Below, piece after piece: positions 26,179 to 37,152 of a DNA stretch of 64,000 nucleotides. The notes below the pieces were generated by a model. That model did not search any database and was not told the DNA's origin. It saw only the letters and a program-made list of their open reading frames with translations. Each line of letters starts with the position of its first letter. The stretch's first letter is position 1. The DNA comes from Callorhinchus milii (Eukaryota), in NCBI RefSeq assembly GCF_018977255.1, contig NW_024704742.1, positions 10,852,001-10,916,000 on the forward strand. The letters run 5' to 3'. Position numbers and translations under genes: made by a program.

Positions 26179-26537
26179 CGTGGAGTCCTGTAGCTCAGCG
26201 GTTAGAACCCTCGCCTTGCAATCGGGTTTGATTCCCAGCAGGAAGAAATGTTGGGTAAGTTTTCTTACTCCACACACCTCTGTTTACCTAGCAGTAAGTA
26301 GGAACCTGGTTGTAAGTTGATTAACCAATCACTTTTCCGGGTTGATCCCTTCAAAAAAATAAATTGGTCATTTCAATCCATGACTGTTTGTGGGACACTG
26401 CTGTACCCAATTGTCTGCCACGTTTCGCCCACAAAATATACATTCAGTTCACTTTGTAGTATATTCTCTGAAGCGCTTAGAGATGTCTCGAAGATGTGAT
26501 AAGGCGCTATATCAAATGCAAGGATTATTGTTATTAT
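26179..26537 (+). mobile_element. tRNA-Ala SINE, older long subfamily
   Basis: Head, then CACCTCTGTTTACCTAGCAGTAAGTAGGAACCTGG central segment, then shared tail. Confidence 0.88.
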
Positions 26538-28849
26538 CATCCATAAAGATCAGTCTCACATTCCCTTCTAGATTCAACTGACAGCTGATAGCTTTACTGA
26601 GATCCTCCTATTTAGTTTAAGAAGGCACAAATTTCAGTCAGATACTACAACCTGGAAATTGACTCACAATAGAAGTTCAGGTGGAAAAGGCCCTTCAGCC
26701 TACTTGATCTCATCCTTCTTGTATACCCACCCCGCTCCTCTCCTAATGCAGCACCTAGACTGAAGTGTTAATTCTTTCAGACACAGATCAGATAGTTTTC
26801 TTTTAGGAAATAACATCATGGGCTATAGTGCATAGGTAGTTTGAGACATATGTGCATGCGACTGCCAGGAAGGTGGAGGGCGAACTAATGGACTTTGGTC
26901 TTTTTCATCTAGCATTTCTTATGTTCTTATGTACACTGAGCTGTTTATTATTTCTCAGTGTACCTCACCGAGTGGCTTAACACCAAGAGCAGGCTCCCTT
27001 TCTACAGCACAATCAATAGTGCTTGACTCTGGATCTCAAACCTGTAATTCCATCCAGTCTCAACCTGTGAACAGACATCAAAGTGTGGAATTTGAACAAC
27101 TGTATGCATTCATCAAAGAATAGCTCAGAAAGCAAGGAGTAAAAGTGTCTGGTGAAACCTCAATCGAAATGTGCTGTTCAGCAGATGATGGACCAAAACC
27201 CATTTCGACTGAGTCAACAGGGATGGGGTGGGTGGGGGGAGAGGTCTATATTATTGGGATGTGTAGGGAATTTGTTTAAAGTATTATATTGGTCTTGTTT
27301 CAGTGAGGATAATAATAAATAACAATAATAATAATAAGAAGAATTGGAACAAATGGCTAGAGATCCATGAACGATGAAAGGAGCAACCTGTGGATTCTTT
27401 CAGTGCCATTTAAAATATTATACACTGCTTTGAAATCTCCACTGACTTGTCTTCTCTCAAGACTGAGTAGCCCTAGCTTGTCTAATTATTGTTCATAGCT
27501 CATTTGACAGGGGTTGAGCCTCGTTTCTGTCCTCTGCCATGCCTCTAGGCCCTGGACAGCTCCCTTATGACCTGCCGACCAGGACTGTATGCAGTACTCA
27601 TGGCCAGTCTGACCAGAGCACTGTGTAGCCTGAGTATAACAAATTAACACGTCTGAGAGCTCGCCTCAACACCCAGACAAGTTATTGCAGTGCTTTGGGA
27701 TGTCCTCCCGACGTGAAAGGAGTTCTATAAATGTAATTTTGTTGTTGTTGTTGTATTACAAGCAGGAAATATAAATCTTGCTCCCCACTTCCAAGAGTAT
27801 GAAATCACTTCCAAGGGTATGAGGTTGGCATCAGTCTAAATAGGTTATTCCATTCTTGTATGGATCATTGAGGAGGTGGTGGCTGAAAAGCATCTGACTA
27901 TGATTATTGATCAGTTACTGAAGGTTTCCAGACAGTGAGAATTTGCTGTCAACAATGTAGTAACTTTGCAGGATCACATTTTAAAAAGCCAATCTCTATA
28001 TGAAGAACACACTTTTAGGCTAAAGTAACTAGTTTGCCCGAGGACAATAAGTTTTATTTTCGAATGTATATAAAATCCATCCCTGGTTTTATTTAATTGG
28101 ATTAGAATTTGTAGTTAGGGATGAAGAGCACTGTGGATTTTCAAGGTTCTTCAAATGACTTTGTTGCAACACACACCAGTGCTCTGAAACTATAATCACG
28201 ATTTTTGTTTGATCAACCTGGTGTTTGAGATATGCGGAAACCCATCACGATGCTTAGGAGTTTTCAAATCAGGTAGAGATCCATATAAGTCCTGTAGCTC
28301 AATGGTTAAAGTACACCTTGCCTCCCAGTCAAATGAGCAGAAACACTGTAGAATTCATACCCATGAAGGAGTGAGTAATTTTGGATCCAAAATGTTCAGA
28401 GATTAGAAGTTGAAAGCTAATTTGGCTCTATATTGACAATCTTAAAAAACCTTTGCTTTGTATGAGGGTGCAAATGCTTGAAACCTTCAGTAACCCATTT
28501 GGAGAAGTTTTGAATGGATTGTGGTCTCCGGAATATAGAAGCAGCTGTTGTTGCTTATATTTATTTTGATGCATGATTGGTTCTCAACTTTCAAATAAGC
28601 TAAGCCTGGAGTTAAGGTGATAATAACTCGACAATCGTCACACCCCAACGTGTGAAGAAGGATTGACTCAAGATCGAACTGTCCTGCTTCTGATTTTAAG
28701 GTTGTGATTTTAAGGAATACAGGTATTCTGAGAGGATGAGAAATCCCATAGCGAAATACTACAAATTAGACCCCATTGAGTCGAAAGTGCTGCTTTATCA
28801 ATTTGGACACATCACTGCTTTCTTCCAGATCACCCAATTTAATCAGCCC

Positions 28850-29260
28850 ACATAGAACAATGTTGCATAGAACTCAGCATGCTATAGCGACTCAGCAAAC
28901 CTAATGACTGGACAACAGCAAATTCCCAATTCAGTAAAGGACATCTGAAGTGCATCTTTTTAACTTGCTGGAGGGTCTCTATTATGCTCGTGATAGACCA
29001 ATGAACCTGATTACATTCTCCTGTTGGAAGTATTTGTGGATCCAGACACGGGCCATCCATCAGAGTATCATTGTTGCTCGCTAGCAGCCAGATCCGAAGA
29101 GCATTTCAGACTTCTGCGAAGGAGAGATTGTGACAAAATTAATGAGCCACAACAGCATCCAGGGCAAGAGTGAATTCAAGTGCGATGTTTTTTTGCACAT
29201 AACTATCTGCATTTAGGCACTGAATTCAAGATTTTTTTTGCTGCATTAAACTCATTCAAT
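28850..29260 (-). pseudogene. Degenerate PIF/Harbinger transposase fossil (HARBI1-like DDE nuclease C-terminal half)
   Basis: Manual minus-strand translation across frameshifts gives PG...SLILSQSL, then IWLLAS...DPQ...CNQVHWSITSIIETLQQVKKMHFRC, then V.IAC*VLCNIVL; the order matches Harbinger PGS..D..IL..S / WLLGD / YN..H..TR..IE......K.RFRCL / ACC.LHNI. Confidence 0.7.
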
Positions 29261-29351
29261 CCATTTTAACAAAATGCTTCAACTGCACTCAGATTTCTAA
29301 AGAACACAGACCGGCAGGATTTCACTGATTAGTCTAGGTTCAGTGCAGTAC

Positions 29352-29752
29352 AGCAACAACAACTTGCATAGTGCCCTTCATGCAGGGTAGTCTCCCGGAG
29401 TGCTTTGACAGTGGTGGCGCCTTCCCCCGAGCCAGGGGGAGAGCATCGGGGTGGTGACCATAAACACAATCGAAAAGGAGGTCTTTAGATGGGATTTGAA
29501 GGTGGGGAGGGAGAGAGCAAGGCGGAGGAATTGAGGGAGAGACTTCTGGAGTTTTGGTATTTGAGGGTAGTTGATGAAGGCACAGACACCGATGGTGAAG
29601 CAGGAGGGACGAGGGATAAACAGCAGGCCGGAGGAGCCAGCCAAGCGGAGGCAGCGGGTGGGGGAGTAGTGGGATATAAGCAGGTCGGAGAGGTAGGGAG
29701 GTGCGAGAGCATGAAGGGATTTGAAAACGAGTGAGAGGATCTTGAAATCAAT
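29352..29752 (-). mobile_element. L2 3' fragment
   Basis: IDFKILSLVFKSLHALAPPYLSDLL in ORF 29378-29755; (CAA)n tail. Confidence 0.88.
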
Positions 29753-32563
29753 CAAACAACAGCAACAACAACAACTTGCACTTATATGGTGCCTTCCATG
29801 CAGGGTAGCATCTCAGAGCGCTTAAAAGTGGCAGAGTCAGACCGCGAGCCAGGAGGAGAGGGGGGGGGAGGTGGCCTTAAGCACGGTCGAACTAGAAAGT
29901 CTTCAGGCGGGACTTGAAAGAGGGGAGAGGGGGGCAAGGTGAAGGGATTGAGGTAGAGTGTTCCAGAGTTTTGGGCGTAGTAGCTGAAAGCACAACCTCT
30001 GATTGTGCAGCAGAGGGTGTGAGGGACAGGCAGGAGGCCAGTGCCAGTCGAGGGGAGGTGCTGGGAGGTGGATTGGTGAGTGAGGAGATCAGAGAGGTAG
30101 GGAGGCGCCAGGGAGTGAATGGATTTGAACACGAGAGTGAGGATCTTGAAGTTGATCCATTTGGTGATGGGGAGCCGGTGGAGCTTGGGCCAGAACTGGT
30201 GAGATGTGGGTACAGAGTTTGGTCGGGGTCAGTGTGTGAGCAGCAGAGTTCTGAATGAGCTGGATGTTGTGAATGGTGTTTTGGGGTGACCGGCGAGGAG
30301 TGCTTTGGAATTATCCAAGCGGGTGGTGACAAGCGCATGCACAAGGGTTTTGAGTGCATTTGGGGTAAGGTCCGGTCGGAGGTGGGCAATGTGGCAGAGA
30401 TGGAAGAAAGCGGTCCTTGTCAGGGACTGGATATGGGGGAGGAAGGACAGCTGGGGTCGAACCAGATGCCTAGGTTGTGCACTGGTTCGGTGAGTCTGAG
30501 GGAGAGCCCAGGGAGGTTGAGGAGTTTAGATCCGCAGGAGTGAAGACATTGACGGGAGCCAAGGAGTATGGCTTCAGTCTTGTCCATATTCAGCTGCAGG
30601 AGGTTTACAATCATCCAGGCCTTGGTGTCTGCCAGGCAAGCTGATAGAACATCTGTCATCCGCATACATGTGGAAGTTTACTCCATGTCTGCAGATGATA
30701 TCAACTAGAGGGAGTATATAGATAAGGAGAAGAAGAGGGCCAAGGATGGAACACTGGGGTACCCCGTAGGTGACCAGGCGGGGGCAGAGAAGAAACCATT
30801 TGCTGAGATGAAATGGAAGCGGTTGGTTAAGTAGGACTCAAACCATGTGATTGCGGTTCCCACTAAGTTAGATGAGGGAATAGAGGCGGTGGAGGAGCAT
30901 GGCGTGTTCGACTGGGTTGAACACGGCACAGAGATCCAGGAGGATGAGGAGGCAGAGGGAACCCTGGTCACAGATAGAGAGAACGTCATTTGTGACTTTG
31001 ACAAGCGTTGTCTCTGTGCTGTGGGCAGCCAGGGCGAAAACCAGACTGCAGGGGCTCGAGGAGGGAGTGGAGGGAGAGGTATGACTGAAGTTGACTTTCA
31101 ACAATGCATTCCAGGACTTTGTTCAGGAAGGGTAGGTTGGAGATGGGACTGTAGTGTGCGAGATTAGAGGGATCGAGGGTGGGTTTTTTGAGGAGGGGCG
31201 TGATGACAGCGGTTTCAGGGGGAGTGGAACAGAGCCTGAGGCGAGAGACTGGTTGACTGCGTCGAACAGCAGTGGGGAGAGAAGGGGAAAATTGAGTGAC
31301 CAACTGTTGGGTGGGAAGGGGGTCAAAGTAGCAGGTAGTGAACTTCACCCGGGTGATGGTGGTTGAAAGAGAGGAGGGAGAAATGGGGGCAAAGGTGTGT
31401 AAGGAGGGGGGAGTAGCCGGAGCCGTGGCAGAGGGAGAAGGCAGTATGGATGGTCTGGGTGGGGTGGAAGGGGACATGGAGGGGAAGAAGATGCAGCCAA
31501 GCAGATGTTTTCAATTTTTTAGGCAAAGAAGTCGAGATCCTCTTTGCACTTGGCATTTGATGTGAGGATTGAGGGGGCTTGAGGGGGTGCACGGAGGAGG
31601 TGATGGACGGTAGAAACCAGTGTCTTTGGAATGCTGTTTGCCTCCAGGATGACTTTGGAGTAAAAGTCAGTTTGGGCCTGTGAAAGGGAGAGGTGGTAGG
31701 TGCGGAGGTGCTCGAGCCACAGCTGGTGGTGAATCATGAGACCGGATTTCTGCCATCTAAGCTCAAGCATCTGGGTTTGTGTTTTGAGTGAGCAGAGATG
31801 ACTGTTGTACCAGGGGGAAAGGGTGGGTTTCAGGGGAGCCAAAGAATTAAAGGTTGTGGAGAGACGGTCATTCAGCAGCTTGACAATTGCATCTGGATCA
31901 CTGTGGGTGGAGGGCCAGAGGGAGAGAAGTTCTGAGGAAGAGAAGGCATCTGTGAGGGACTCAGAGGGAAGCTTTTTCCAGAGGGGAAAAAAATGGTGGA
32001 GAGTTTGGAAGAGGGGAGGGGGACGTGGGAGGAGAGGGAGATGAGGAAGTGGTCCGAGATGCCCTTGTCCATGATTGACAGGCCAGAAAAGTAAAGGCCA
32101 TGTGTGATGATGAGGTCGAGTGGCCATGGTTGTGGATCAGCGAGTCGATGTGGAGGGTGAAGATTAGGGATGAGAGGAGGGCAGTGAAATTCAAGGAGGT
32201 GGTGCAAGGGGAGTTTAGATGGAGGTTGAAGTCACCAATTTTGAGCAGCCGTTCAGTGCAGAGTGACAGGGATGAAAGGAGAGAGGAGATATCGGTGAGG
32301 AAGGAGCCAGGAGGTTTTGGGGGCAGTAAACTAGGAGGATTTTGAGGGAGAGAGAGGAGGGATGGCAGAGGGTGAGGTGCTCAAAGGACGAGAAACAGCC
32401 AGAGGAATGGGGGGCTAGACCAAGGAAGCTTGGGAGATGAGGGCCACCCCGTTGCCATGTTGGTTGGTGCGGGGGTTTTGGTGAAAGGTATAGCCAGGAG
32501 GGGAGGCTTCAACGAGGAGGACGGGGTCACCGTGGGAGAGCCAGGTTTCTGTAAGCCCAAGAT
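29753..32563 (-). mobile_element. Long decayed L2 LINE spanning endonuclease, RT and 3' tail
   Basis: APE motif LGLTETWL near 32540-32560; RT-region motifs KTAVITPLLKKPTLDP-like, LLEPLQSGFRP, HSTETTLVKVTND, LILLDL; C-terminal FKSIHSLAPPYL; many frameshifts. Confidence 0.93.
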
Positions 32564-32639
32564 CCGTTCAGTAATTTTGAGCCAGTGAAGCCTGGCGAGG
32601 ACTGGTGTGAAGGGGGTATGGAGTATTGTGCTGGTAAGT

Positions 32640-32960
32640 ATCCAGGGTCAGAGTTTTGAATTAGTACTGAGACAATGCTGCATTGTTGGATATGCTATTC
32701 TTCAAATCAGATATCAAACTTAGTCCTGCCTTGATGGTATAAATGGATGTTTAAAAAATTGTGACACACTGTTTCAAGTAAGGGCGTTTCGGTTCTCTCA
32801 AATTCTAGACTAATTTTTTCCCTCAACCAAAGTTCTGTTAATTTGTTCTTCATCTCAGTCATTTGCCGGATATTGCAATTGCCTGCATTGCAGGTCCCTA
32901 CACCTAAACCTCCAAGTAGTTCCTGCGCAGCGCCTTGAGTTGTTTTGACATGAGGTACCA
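32640..32960 (+). mobile_element. Highly diverged Deu-domain SINE
   Basis: GCTGCATTGTTGGATATGCTATTCTTCAAATCAGATATCAAAC...GGATGTTTAAAAA resembles the other Deu copies. Confidence 0.55.
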
Positions 32961-33929
32961 TATTCAAATCAACGATAATAACATCTTTTGCTCTTGCTAC
33001 TCATAAAGAATTGATATGATTGCCTGCTTAATTGACAACAGAAGCCGTAACCTAACAATTGTTCGACCTGCAATTCTATCATGACAAATATTTGGTGACA
33101 GTCAGGGATAAGCCATGTTAAAAATGTCAAACTTGATGGAAATCGAAGTAAAAGTAAAATCATATTAAGCATTCTGAGACTCCACCTGGCACAAAGGGCG
33201 CGATATGAATGCAAGCTGCTGTTGTTGTTGTTGTAAAATGTGTTGAAAGTCACGCGCATGTTGTGTAAACCCAAACTACATTAAAAAAAATGTGCAATTA
33301 TAACAGCAATTTTCTAAATTGTAACTAATCCGAGAACATCAAAAAACTAACAGTTAACTATATTCTTTCAAATCAATTGCTAAGACATTTTGCCACTCAC
33401 CAAAAAAAACTAAAGAGAATGTTTAACTCATCTTACATAATGGCCTGAAGTCAGTGATTTGACCGGATTAGATGTTTGGAGTTGTCAGTAGCAGCAAAGG
33501 AAAGAATGAGGGGAGAGAAGATTAGAACAGTGCCTCGCAATCCAGGAAAGCATGTGACGAAATGTTCATAAAGTTGACTTTTTTAAAAAAAAAATCCTGT
33601 CCATGATAATGTGCAGCTTTAATGACTTCACTTGGCAGATTGGCGTATTGCCAGAATATGACAGAAGGAAAAGTGGCAGGGTGGGAGTTGAATGCATCTT
33701 TCCCCTGGTTGGAATTCACTAATAATGGTAAGGCATTATTTATGGTCTGCCCAGTCTGCGAGTCTGTCTGTCTGTAATTCAGGGCATAAATAACTGTCAT
33801 CATCTCCTTTCTTTGAAAAAAAGACAAGTAAAGTCTCAGTGTCAAAACATCCACAAAGGATTCTCCCTTCTTTTGCTGTAATTGTTGTTTTTATGCGGAC
33901 CATTCTGCCTTTGTATCATACTGAGTAGT

Positions 33930-34195
33930 GGCAGGAATTCAAGATTATGACGAGGGGAATAAAAGGAGAGCTTCTTCTCCCAGAGGGTTTGTCAGAGAAT
34001 GAAATGATTTGCCAGGGAAGGCTGATAGAGCAAAGTCAATTAGGGGGCATTCAAAAAGAATTGGATCAGTACATGTAAAGGGTATTGGATGGCATGGGGA
34101 AAGAGCAGGGTATTGGGTTAAGATTGGATGATTTATTGAAGGAGCAAATACCAACACAAAATAATGGGTCGAATGACTTTGTGCTGTGTTGTATT
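33930..34195 (+). mobile_element. Degenerate CR1 3' fragment
   Basis: TTCTTCTCCCAGAGGGTT...GGGTCGAATGACTTTGTGCTGTG resembles the CR1 3' end. Confidence 0.6.
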
Positions 34196-34273
34196 TGCCT
34201 ATAAACGTTCCATCCCCTACCAGAATGACTCTGGGAAAATGGTTTTATTTTGCTCACCAAGTCTTGCTCATTT

Positions 34274-34301
34274 TGAGTCAGCATGAGTCAATGAGTCAGC
34301 A
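34274..34301. promoter_or_regulatory. Three tandem AP-1 sites, two extended to NF-E2/MARE-ARE form
   Basis: TGAGTCA at 34274, 34284 and 34292; the first and third read TGAGTCAGCA (reverse complement TGCTGACTCA). Function not shown. Confidence 0.4.
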
Positions 34302-34493
34302 TTGTGGAATCCAGCATTAGGAAAGACATTCATCCTACACAATAAAATAGTCAGAATCTGAAATAGCTTCAGGAACTGACCATCATATTGTCTTGAATCA
34401 ATGTAATTCCCGCTGTTGGATTCCACAATGCTGCCTCCTTGTCAAAAGATCAAAATCTCAGTTTAATGTACCAGAACACTGGTGGAGTCCTGT

Positions 34494-36935
34494 ACAACAA
34501 CAACAACAAAATTAAATTTTTATAGCGCGTTTCACATTGGGAGAACATCCCAAGTTACTGGACAGACAGAGTTTTGGACCCGAGCTAGGGGTCGGGATCA
34601 GGGAGGGTGGAGGGCAGGGGGGAAACAGGGTGATCAAAAGCATGGTCGAAGAAGAGGGTCTTGAGAAGTGTCTTGAAGGAGGAAGGGAGGGGGCAAGGCA
34701 GAAAGACTGCGGGATGGAGTTCCAGAGGATGGGGTCAGAGTGGCAGAGGGCCCGCACTCCAATAGTGGGTCAAGCGAGGTGGGGGACATCAAGCAGGCTG
34801 GAGCCCGCTGAGCGAAGGGAGTGAGCAGGATGGTAGAGGGTTAGGAGGCCACAGAGGTAGGGAGCAAGGCCATGGAGGACTTTGAAGGTGAGGACCAGGA
34901 TCTTGAATCCCTCTGTGTGATGGGAAGCCAGTGGAGTTGGGCAAGGATGGGGGTAATAGGGTCACGCAGCTTGGTGTGGGAGAGGATATGGGCTGCAGAG
35001 ATCTGGATGATCTGCAGCCTATGGAGGAAGGAGTTGGGGAGGCCGTTAAGCAAGGAGTTTGCCTAGTTAAGCCTCAATGCATGAGGGTTTGGGCGGCCTG
35101 CAGTGTGAGACAGTGGTGGAGCCGGCCAATGTTGCGGTTGTGGGGGAAAGCAGAGCAGGTCATGTTACAGATGTGGGGTAGAAAGGATTGTTGAGGGTCA
35201 AACAAGATGCCAAGGTTCTGGAGTGGATGAGAAAGGTAGAATGTGCATCCATAGATGGTGATGCTGTCAGTGCCTGAGGTGAGGAGGCGCTGACGGGAGC
35301 CAATCAGAAAAACCTCAGTCTTGTTGAATTTTAACTAAAGAAAATTAGCTCTCATCCAGGACTTGATGTCTGTCAGTGGTCCTGAAGTTGAGGGTGGAGG
35401 CAGAGAGGTACAGTCGGGTGTCATCTGCATACGTGTGGAAATTGACCTCATGTCTGCGGATGATGTCACCAAGAGGGAACATGTAGATATTGATGGAGAC
35501 AGAGTCCTGAGGAACGCCACAGGAGACAATGTAGGTCTTAGAGAAGAAACCGTTTCTAGAGATGAAGTGGAGGTGGTGTGAGAGGTACGATCTGAACCAG
35601 TCAAGAACAGAGCCATGAAGGCTGAAGTGAGAGGAGAGGTGATGGATGAGGATAGAGTGGTCAATGTTGTTGAAGGCAGCAGAGAGGTCAAGGAGGATGA
35701 GGAGGCAGAGAGAGCCCTGGGTGCAGATGGACAGAATGCCATTTGTCACTTTGACCAGGGCTGTTTCTGTGCTGTGGGCGGCACGGAAACCCGATTAGAG
35801 GGGTTCATGAAGGGAGAGGAAGGAGCAAAGCTGGAAAGCAACAACTCATTCCAGGACCTTGGAGAGGAAAGGGAGGTTTGAGAATGGGGGGTAGTTTGAG
35901 AGTAGGCATGGGTCCAAGGAGGGTTTTTAATTATAGGAGTTGTGATGAATGTTTTTAATGGGGTGGGAACAGTACCAGTGGACAGGGAGAGGTTTATGAT
36001 TTCTGTGAGTAGAGGGGCAAGGAGGTGGAGCTGGGGGGAGAATCAGGTTGTGGAGGCAGGTGGTTTTTTAATGTGGCTTATAGTGGTGGTGAGAGAGGAG
36101 TGGGAGACAGGTTCAAAGGTGTGGAGGGAGGGTTGGGTAGGGGCCAGTGTGGGAGGGGGAGATGTGAGGGTGTAGTAGACAGAAGGACAGAGGTAGCTGA
36201 GTGGATCCCCTCAACTTTGCATTCAAGGAAGTCCAGCATTGCCTCGCAGTTGACATTGGAGATGAGGATAGGTGAGGTGTGAGGGTGTGGGCAGAGGAGC
36301 CAGTTGGTGATGGAGAAGAGGAGGCTGGGGTTTTCCTTGGCTTCCAAGTGAGTGGGGGGAATTTTCTTTCCAGGGGTGGTAGGAGATGGAGATGGTTTGG
36401 GTGGCGGTGGGAAGAGGGATTGGGCAGTTAATGGAGATGAAGTGATGGTCCAAGATTGGTTTGTTGATGATGGTGAGGTCCGAGACAGTGAGGCCCTGAG
36501 TGATCACCGGATCGAAGGGGTGATCGCGGATGTGAGTGATAGAGTGGATGTGGAGGGAGAGGTTGAGGGTGGAGATAAGGGAGGAGAAGTCAGTAGAGGT
36601 AGAGCAGGAGGGGATGAAGTGAAGGTTGAAATCACCTAGGATGAGGAGGCGTTCGGAGCAAAGAGAGAGGGAAAATAGGAGGGTGGAGATGTCAGGGATG
36701 AAAGTGGGTGGGCTTGTGGGGGCGATAGATAAGGAGAAATTTTGAGTGAAAGGCTGGAGTGGTGGTAAAGGATATGGTGCTGAAAGGAGGGGAAGATTTC
36801 AGAGGAGTAAGGAGATAGGCCGAGCGGGGACCGGGAGATGAGGGACACACTGCGACCATGGCAGTTAGGTCAAGGGGTATGATGGAATGTGTAGACGGGT
36901 GGTGTGGCCTCTATCAGGGGGAAGGTGTCACCTGG
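34494..36935 (-). mobile_element. Long decayed L2 LINE
   Basis: RT motifs LILLDLSAAFNNIDHSILI...WFRSYLS...GVPQ...HTYADDTRLYLS in ORF 35345-35749; endonuclease-region residues at the distal end; (CAA)n tail. Confidence 0.93.
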
Positions 36936-37152
36936 AGTGATCCAATGTACCTTAGTGGTTAGAGCACTCGCCTCGCAAGCGAGAGGACCTTGGTTTGATT
37001 CCCGGGCAGTAGGGCAAGTTTCCTTACTCCACGTACCTCTGTTTACCTGCAGTAACTTGATCAACTTGACCAATGTTTCACCCTGCCAGGAATTGAACCT
37101 AGATCCTCTTGCTTGTAAAGTGAGCGCTATAACCACTGAGCTACAGGACTTC
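36934..37152. mobile_element. Two SINE 5' heads joined in inverted orientation
   Basis: Plus-strand head ~36934-37055 followed directly by a minus-strand head ~37060-37150. Confidence 0.8.

Noticed and set aside
29753..32563. Intact, active L2 element
   Set aside because: Numerous frameshifts, stops and internal deletions; no ORF1 or 5' UTR visible
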